A DNA stretch of 64,000 bases from the NCBI GenBank assembly GCA_046757025.1, contig JBHHXN010000003.1, positions 1-64,000 of the forward strand, in the 5' to 3' direction. The notes under the pieces were generated by a model. The model had not been told where the DNA came from. It ran no database searches and saw only the letters and a program-made list of their open reading frames with translations. Below, one piece after another: positions 58,013 to 64,000 of the stretch (within the stretch, counting starts at the first letter, position 1; each line of letters begins with the position of its first letter). The translations under genes were made by a program, and so were the position numbers. The stretch comes from a bacterium (lineage in GTDB: Bacteria; Zhuqueibacterota; Zhuqueibacteria; Oceanimicrobiales; Oceanimicrobiaceae).

Positions 58013-58147
58013 GTTATTATTCAGGCGTGTCACTCCTGCGAATGCAGGAGTCTCCTGATTCAACCTTCAAGTGAGGAGCTTCTTCAAGCAGATTCCGGCA
58101 TTCCGCTATCGCTTCAGCCGGAATGACAGCGAAGGCTGAACAGTTAC
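58013..58147. mobile_element. Palindromic element with family-A-like termini and a different REP core
   Basis: gttattattcag...ctgaacagttac termini. Core gtcactcctgcgaatgcaggagtc..gattccggc..gccggaatgac. Confidence 0.6.
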
Positions 58148-58217
58148 TTTTATTTTGGGTTCGTAACTTATGCCCTTGAACCGACCTTTCATCCGCAATT
58201 TGATTTATTCCAACTTT

Positions 58218-59498
58218 TTATCGACGCAAATGCAAAAAAGCTTTCGCGCCGATATCTTTGCGGTAGTAGGCGCGATCAAAAGTGATTTTTCCCACCGCCC
58301 AGTAAGCTTTTTCTCGCACTGCCCGCAGGTCTTTGTCCACGGCGGTCACCCCAAGTACTCGTCCGCCGTTGGTCAAAATCCGCCCATTTTCTTCGCGCGT
58401 GCCGGCGTGGAAGATGGCAATTTCTTTGCCAAAATTTTTCTCCAGACCGAAAATTTGTTTGCCTTTCTGGTAACCGCCCGGATAGCCGCCGGAGGCGATG
58501 ACCACACACATGGCCCATTTGTTTTTGTACAGTTTAATGGTTCGGGGAATTTTTTCGCCGTGGGCCACCTGCCACATGAACTCCACCAGATCCCCTTTTA
58601 CCAGCGGCAGCACCGCCTGGGTTTCCGGATCGCCAAAACGGCAATTGAACTCCACGACTTTCGGGCCTTCCGCAGTGATCATCAAACCCGCATACAAGAC
58701 CCCGCGGTAAGGCCGGTTCTCCAACGCCATGGCCTGAATGGTCGGTGCCATGATTTCTGTGTGCACCCGCTCAAACATCTCAGCATTGATGACGGGAGCC
58801 GGCGCATACGCCCCCATGCCGCCGGTGTTGGGTCCTTCGTCGTTGTCGAAAATGGCTTTGTGATCCTGCGCAGTGGGCAAATAGGCCAGGTTTTCTCCGT
58901 CGCTGATGGCCAGAATAGAAGCTTCTTCCCCCATCATAAATTCTTCCACGATCACTTTGTTTCCAGCCTCCCCAAACACCTTATGGATCATGATTTTTTG
59001 CAGAGCGGCCTGTGCCTGATCTTCTTCCTGGCAAATAAAGGTGCCTTTGCCAGCCGCCAGGCCATCGGCTTTGACCACCGTGGGATAGTCCACCTCCTTT
59101 AAATAACTCTGGGCTTCTTCATAATCATCAAAAACGATACAATCTGCGGTGGGGATTTTATACTTGTCGAGCAGGTATTTGGTGAACACTTTGCTGCCTT
59201 CAATCTCAGCGGCCTTTTTAGTGGGACCGAAAATGGGCAAACCCTGGGATTCAAACGTGTCCACGATGCCGTTCACCAGCGGATCTTCGGGACCCACCAC
59301 GGTCAAATCGACGGCTTTTTTGCGAACGAAATTTAATAATTTTGCAATCTCGGCCGGCGAAATGGCCACGCACTCAGCCAGCGATTTCATGCCCACGTTG
59401 CCAGGCGCACAATAAATTCTTTCAACCCGTGGACTTTGAGCGATTTTCCACACCAGCGCATGCTCACGTCCGCCGCTGCCAACCACCAGAATTTTCAT
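58218..59498 (-). CDS. purD: Phosphoribosylamine-glycine ligase
   Basis: GSGGREHA, KADGLAAGKG, QDHK..GPNTGGMG, EFNCRFGDPE and TNGGRV. Confidence 0.98.
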   Translation of the reverse strand: MKILVVGSGGREHALVWKIAQSPRVERIYCAPGNVGMKSLAECVAISPAEIAKLLNFVRKKAVDLTVVGPEDPLVNGIVDTFESQGLPIFGPTKKAAEIEGSKVFTKYLLDKYKIPTADCIVFDDYEEAQSYLKEVDYPTVVKADGLAAGKGTFICQEEDQAQAALQKIMIHKVFGEAGNKVIVEEFMMGEEASILAISDGENLAYLPTAQDHKAIFDNDEGPNTGGMGAYAPAPVINAEMFERVHTEIMAPTIQAMALENRPYRGVLYAGLMITAEGPKVVEFNCRFGDPETQAVLPLVKGDLVEFMWQVAHGEKIPRTIKLYKNKWAMCVVIASGGYPGGYQKGKQIFGLEKNFGKEIAIFHAGTREENGRILTNGGRVLGVTAVDKDLRAVREKAYWAVGKITFDRAYYRKDIGAKAFLHLRR

Positions 59499-59583
59499 AA
59501 ACTTTTTACCCCTGGGATAATCTCTAAAATGTTACAGATCTTTTTATTCCTTTTGCAATTCAACTGTTAGCCATTAGATTCAA

Positions 59584-59627
59584 TGTTCTGGATTTCTCAG
59601 AGATCGCCTCTGACTTTTTATTGATAA
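59584..59627 (+). repeat. Dispersed ~45-bp repeat, copy 2
   Basis: First 21 nt identical to 48101-48121, with continued similarity beyond. Confidence 0.65.
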
Positions 59628-59897
59628 TTGAACATATTGAGGCGTGTTTATAACTGATTTTAAAATGAGTCCCAGTTAAGATATTCATATATTTCAAATA
59701 TTTTTGGTTAGCTTTTGGCTTGGGGTTCGTTATTAATCATCTTTTGCTCTTTGGTCGACTCAACTAAACTCACGTACGGTGTGCAACCAATTAAAATACG
59801 AACCAACAGCCAACAGCGAAAAGCCAAGAGCCGAATATTTTTTCGAATCAAAATTTTCGACGGTCCTTTTTTTATACCCACACTAAACTTCTCTGCC

Positions 59898-61919
59898 TCA
59901 TCCCATACTCCAGGCGAATTTCTTTTTACCCAGCAAGCTGTCGATCTCGTCTCGCAGCTCTGCGGCGCGCTCGAACTCCAATTTGCGAGCGGCATCCAGC
60001 ATCTCTTTTTCCAGACTGTCCAGCAGCTCCTCTTTTTCCAGCGGAGACATTTTTTTCCAGCGCTGTATGTCGGTGGCGGGCTTGGCTTCCTTGCCCCATT
60101 TACTGGCTTTCACGTCCGCCACCCGGGTGGAGCTCATCACCTGCTCATACGATTTGTAAATGGACTTCGGGGTGATGCCCTGCTCCTGATTGTAATTGGC
60201 TTGAATTTCCCGACGGCGGTTGGTTTCGGCGATGGTGCGTTTCATAGAATCGGTGATGGAATCCGCATAAAAAATGACTTTGCCTGAAATATTGCGCGCG
60301 GCCCGTCCGGCAATCTGCATCAACGAGCGTTCGGAACGCAGGAATCCCTCTTTGTCTGCGTCCAGCACCGCCACCAGTGAGACCTCCGGCAAATCCAGCC
60401 CTTCCCGCAGTAGATTCACCCCCACCAGCACATCAAATTCCGCCAGCCGCAAAGCCCGTAAGATTTCCACCCGGTTCAAAGCGTCGATTTCAGAGTGCAG
60501 ATAACGCACCCGAATGTCCATGCCCACCAGATAGTCTGTGAGATCTTCGGCCATGCGTTTGGTCAAAGTGGTCACCAGCACCCGCTCCTCCCGCACCACG
60601 CGCGCCCGGATCTCGGCGATCAAATCATCGATTTGATGTTTCACCGGTTTGACTTCGATTTCGGGGTCCATTAAACCGGTGGGACGAATGATCTGCTCTA
60701 CCACCACGCCCTGGCATCTTTTCAACTCGAACTCTGCTGGTGTGGCAGAAACGTAGATCATTTGGTTCATCATGGATTCGAACTCGTCAAATGTCAGCGG
60801 CCGGTTATCCAGAGCCGACGGCAGGCGAAAACCGTTTTCTACCAGGGTTTCTTTGCGCGAGCGGTCGCCGTGATACATGCCGTTGATCTGCGGAATGGTG
60901 GCGTGCGATTCATCGATGATGGTCAGGAAACCCGACGGGAAATAATCTATGAGTGTATAAGGCCGCTGACCCGGCGCCCGACCCGAGAGATGACGCGAGT
61001 AATTTTCAATGCCGGAGCAGTAACCCAACTCCGCCAGCATCTCCAGATCGTATTTCGTGCGCATTTCCAACCGCTGCGCTTCGAGCAGCTTGTTTTGCGA
61101 CCGAAACCACTGCAGCCGTTCTTCTAACTCCGCTCGAATGGTTTTCATAGCTTCCTGCACTTTGTGATACGGGGTGACGAAATGCTTGGCAGGGTAAATG
61201 GCCACCATATTTTGATTGGATATTATCTCGCCGGTCAAGGTATTGATCACGCTGATCTGTTCGATTTCATCGCCAAAGAGCTCGATGCGCACGGCTTCTT
61301 CCTCATACGCCGGAAAAATTTCCACCACGTCGCCGCGCACTCGAAAGGTGCCGCGTACAAACTCATAATCGTTGCGCGTGTAATGGCTGTCCACCAGCTG
61401 CATTAGAATGCGGTCTCGTTCAATCCGTTGACCGCGCTCCAGAATGAGCAATTCGTGTTTGTAATCTTCGGGATCGCCCAATCCGTAAATGCAGGAGACA
61501 GACGCCACGATGATCACATCCGAGCGCGACAGCAGCGAGCTGGTGGCTTTCAGCCGCAAACGATCGATTTCATCGTTGATAGAGGTGTCTTTTTCGATAT
61601 AGGTGTCGGTGGCCGGCACATAAGCTTCCGGCTGGTAATAATCATAATAACTGATGAAATACTCCACGGCATTTTTGGGGAAATAACTTTTAAATTCCCC
61701 GTACAACTGCGCTGCCAGCGTTTTGTTGTGCGAAATGATCAACGTGGGTTTGCCTACGTTGGCGATGACATTGGCGACGGTGAACGTTTTGCCGCTGCCG
61801 GTCACCCCCAGCAACGTTTGATGCCGGTCGCCACGCAGCAGGCCGTTAGTGATCTCTGCGATGGCGCGGGGTTGGTCGCCCGTGGGTTTGTAGTCAGAGA
61901 TTAATTGAAATGACGCCAT
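59898..61919 (-). CDS. uvrB: Excinuclease ABC subunit B
   Basis: [27 protein letters not shown] and a C-terminal UVR domain. Confidence 0.98.
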   Translation of the reverse strand: MASFQLISDYKPTGDQPRAIAEITNGLLRGDRHQTLLGVTGSGKTFTVANVIANVGKPTLIISHNKTLAAQLYGEFKSYFPKNAVEYFISYYDYYQPEAYVPATDTYIEKDTSINDEIDRLRLKATSSLLSRSDVIIVASVSCIYGLGDPEDYKHELLILERGQRIERDRILMQLVDSHYTRNDYEFVRGTFRVRGDVVEIFPAYEEEAVRIELFGDEIEQISVINTLTGEIISNQNMVAIYPAKHFVTPYHKVQEAMKTIRAELEERLQWFRSQNKLLEAQRLEMRTKYDLEMLAELGYCSGIENYSRHLSGRAPGQRPYTLIDYFPSGFLTIIDESHATIPQINGMYHGDRSRKETLVENGFRLPSALDNRPLTFDEFESMMNQMIYVSATPAEFELKRCQGVVVEQIIRPTGLMDPEIEVKPVKHQIDDLIAEIRARVVREERVLVTTLTKRMAEDLTDYLVGMDIRVRYLHSEIDALNRVEILRALRLAEFDVLVGVNLLREGLDLPEVSLVAVLDADKEGFLRSERSLMQIAGRAARNISGKVIFYADSITDSMKRTIAETNRRREIQANYNQEQGITPKSIYKSYEQVMSSTRVADVKASKWGKEAKPATDIQRWKKMSPLEKEELLDSLEKEMLDAARKLEFERAAELRDEIDSLLGKKKFAWSMG

Positions 61920-61990
61920 GTCTTTTTATTTAAATCAGGATGTAGCGGTTTTTTAAATCATTTTAAATTAGGCTATTATCGAACGGTTAA

Positions 61991-62019
61991 AATATACACA
62001 GGTCGCGCCAAAATGTCAA
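61991..62019 (-). promoter_or_regulatory. Sigma-70 promoter of uvrB
   Basis: TTGACA-N17-TATATT. Confidence 0.75.
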
Positions 62020-62039
62020 GGCGAATTACTAAAAAGACC

Positions 62040-62068
62040 TTGCATATTAAGCAAATTCGCGTTATATT
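62040..62068 (+). promoter_or_regulatory. Sigma-70 promoter of the PPIase gene (divergent from uvrB)
   Basis: TTGCAT-N17-TATATT. Confidence 0.65.
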
Positions 62069-62111
62069 TTGTGCGTTTTGTTTCATAATTATTTGAAGGA
62101 GATTTTACAAC

Positions 62112-63920
62112 ATGGCTTTGATGAATAATATGCGTGAATACACCAAAACGGTTTTGATTATCCTGGTGCTGGCGTTTGTCGGGACGATTATCTTCGACTG
62201 GGGTATGGACATCTCAGGATTAAAAACCAAACAAGGCGTCATCGGTAAAGTAAACGGCGTGGAAATTTCAGCACGTCAATACGATGAGGCCTTCGCACGG
62301 GAGCTGGAAAATTACCGCAATCGCACCGGCTCGGATCCGCCGGAAGAATTGCTCGACAACCTGAGAGAACAGGTGTGGGAATCGCTGGTGCGAGACATTT
62401 TGATTCAGGAAGCCATCGCCAAAAACGATATCGGCGCCAGCGACCAGGAAATTCTCTTCAAAATTTACAACGACCCGCCCGATTTCTTAAAGAATCAGGA
62501 AAGTTTTCAGAACGAGCAAAAACAGTTTGACATGGCCCTCTATCAGTCGGCCCTCAACAACCCCAGTTACGCCACTCAATGGAAACCCATTGAAGATTAT
62601 CTGCGGCTGACTTTGCCATACGAAAAGTTTCAACACCGATTGCGCGCCAGTGTCCGAGTTACGGAAAACGAAGTAAAATATGATTACATCAAACAAAATC
62701 TGAAAGCCAAAGTGAAATACGTGCTGGTGGATATGAAGCGATTTGAATCTCAGGAAATCGAAATCACCGATGACATGATCAAAGATTATTACAACAACCA
62801 CAAGGATGATTATCAAGAAAATGAAAAGAGGAAAATCCAGTACGTTACCTTTTCCACTAAAGCCACAGCCAAAGACAGCTCCGATCTGTGGAACCGGGCA
62901 AACGATTTGATTCAGCGCCTCCGCATGGGTTCCGATTTTGCCGACCTGGCAGAAATCTATTCGGAAGATCCCGGCAGTAAGGACAAAGGCGGCGATTTGG
63001 GCTTTTTTGGTAAGGGCATGATGGTGAAACCGTTTGAAGAAGCGGCTTTCGCGGCCAATATCGGAGAAATCGTGGGGCCGGTTCAGTCCAACTTTGGTTT
63101 GCACGTGATCAAAGTCGAAGACAAACGAATCGAAAAAGGCCAGGAAGAGGTGAAAGCCCGGCACATTTTATTGAAATTCGAAGCATCCCAGGAAACCCTG
63201 AACCGCGCCCGGGAAGACGCCAATTATTTTGCCGAGGAGATCAAAAAACGGCCGTTTGAAGAAGTGGCAGCCGAGCTCGAAAAAGACGTGCAAACCAGTG
63301 AGTTCTTCGAACAAGGCAACGGGTACATTCCAGGACTAGGTTCCAACAAACGAGCCAGCTATTTTATTTTTACAAAAGGAGTGGGAACCACGGGTAACGT
63401 AGATGAATATTACGACGGTTACTTCGTTTTTCGCATCGCCGATATTCAGAAAGAACGCATTCAACCTCTTGACGAAGTGCGTGATTCTATAAAAGACATC
63501 CTAGTCGCCGAAAATCAAAAATCTCTGGCACTGGAACTGGCGCAAAATATTTATGAAAAAACCCAAAACGGACAGTCCCTTGAAGAGGCTGCAGTACAGG
63601 ATAGTCTGGAAGTCAAAGAAACGCCGCCCTTTAACAAAAGCGGTTTTGTGCAGAGCATTGGACGTGAACCCAAATTTATCGGTGCCGCGTTTGCGCTGAA
63701 AGAAGTGGGCGAGATCTCCCAACCAGTGGAAGCCACCATCGGCTATTACATTCTTCAACTCGTGGAAAAAGATCCATTTGACCCAAAACAGTTTGAAGCC
63801 AAGAAAGAGCTCTTAACACAGCAGCTGTTGCAACGGAAGCAGAATCAAGCTTTCGCCGACTGGTACAAAAATGCCAAAGCGAAAGCGGATATTCAAGACG
63901 ACAGATTTAAATATTATTAG
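62112..63920 (+). CDS. PpiD/SurA-like membrane-anchored parvulin PPIase
   Basis: N-terminal TM, SurA_N-like region and FADLAEIYSEDPGSKDKGGDLGFF..FEEAAF..FGLHVI. Confidence 0.92.
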   Translation: MALMNNMREYTKTVLIILVLAFVGTIIFDWGMDISGLKTKQGVIGKVNGVEISARQYDEAFARELENYRNRTGSDPPEELLDNLREQVWESLVRDILIQEAIAKNDIGASDQEILFKIYNDPPDFLKNQESFQNEQKQFDMALYQSALNNPSYATQWKPIEDYLRLTLPYEKFQHRLRASVRVTENEVKYDYIKQNLKAKVKYVLVDMKRFESQEIEITDDMIKDYYNNHKDDYQENEKRKIQYVTFSTKATAKDSSDLWNRANDLIQRLRMGSDFADLAEIYSEDPGSKDKGGDLGFFGKGMMVKPFEEAAFAANIGEIVGPVQSNFGLHVIKVEDKRIEKGQEEVKARHILLKFEASQETLNRAREDANYFAEEIKKRPFEEVAAELEKDVQTSEFFEQGNGYIPGLGSNKRASYFIFTKGVGTTGNVDEYYDGYFVFRIADIQKERIQPLDEVRDSIKDILVAENQKSLALELAQNIYEKTQNGQSLEEAAVQDSLEVKETPPFNKSGFVQSIGREPKFIGAAFALKEVGEISQPVEATIGYYILQLVEKDPFDPKQFEAKKELLTQQLLQRKQNQAFADWYKNAKAKADIQDDRFKYY

Positions 63921-63940
63921 GCGCCTACCTTGACAATATT

Positions 63941-64000
63941 GTAACTCTTCAGCCTAAACCGTCATGCTGAGCGCAAGCTTCCAAATGCTGAACATCGCAC
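63941..64000 (+). mobile_element. MITE-like element family A, copy truncated by the window edge
   Basis: 56 of 60 nt identical to 17571-17630. Confidence 0.75.

Noticed and set aside
61985..62005. LexA box at the uvrB promoter
   Set aside because: Only a half match is present (CTGT-N8-TAAC), and there is no GAAC-N4-GTTC either.
384..63758. Numerous short ORFs from the ORF track lying antisense to or out of frame within larger genes (e.g. 1420-1980, 37163-37798, 40154-40756, 58170-59102, 62487-63164)
   Set aside because: They overlap well-supported genes and carry no recognisable motifs, so they are treated as shadow ORFs.
1..64000. CRISPR array, tRNA, rRNA, transposase or integrase
   Set aside because: I saw no regularly spaced repeats, tRNA arms, rRNA-like tracts or recombinase motifs. 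All repeats are dispersed palindromes or short tandem runs.

Overview
Gene-dense bacterial chromosome segment with about 55 CDS, mostly on the minus strand. PorV/PorQ-like barrels, proteins with T9SS-type C-terminal sorting domains, TonB-ExbBD and the sigma54-regulator/LptE/TPR gene block suggest a diderm FCB-superphylum organism such as KSB1 or Calditrichota (inference). Housekeeping genes include uvrB, purD, pdxJ, queC, queF, tnaA, fxsA, an AlaX editing protein, an amidase, a PPIase, a GH57 enzyme and an S41 peptidase. I saw no rRNA, tRNA, CRISPR array or transposase. The most notable region is 15.2-23.4 kb. It encodes a SigR/SigH-like ECF sigma factor and a membrane anti-sigma factor with a CxxC/His outer domain. 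The motif GGGAATA-N15-TTGTTC sits in front of both the sigma gene and an operon of periplasmic redox proteins. That operon encodes a SoxA/TsdA-like cytochrome c, a triheme cytochrome c with a probable Cys-ligated third heme, a type-1 copper protein, a beta-barrel and a DUF3179 lipoprotein. A degenerate copy of the motif precedes a paralogous barrel. Other leads are an unassigned ~180-nt structured RNA with its own promoter (55 kb), two outer-membrane barrels carrying ComEA-type HhH domains, an ECF-linked mini-secretin-like gene, and several families of MITE/REP-like intergenic palindromes. All calls come from motif recognition by eye, and no database searches were run.
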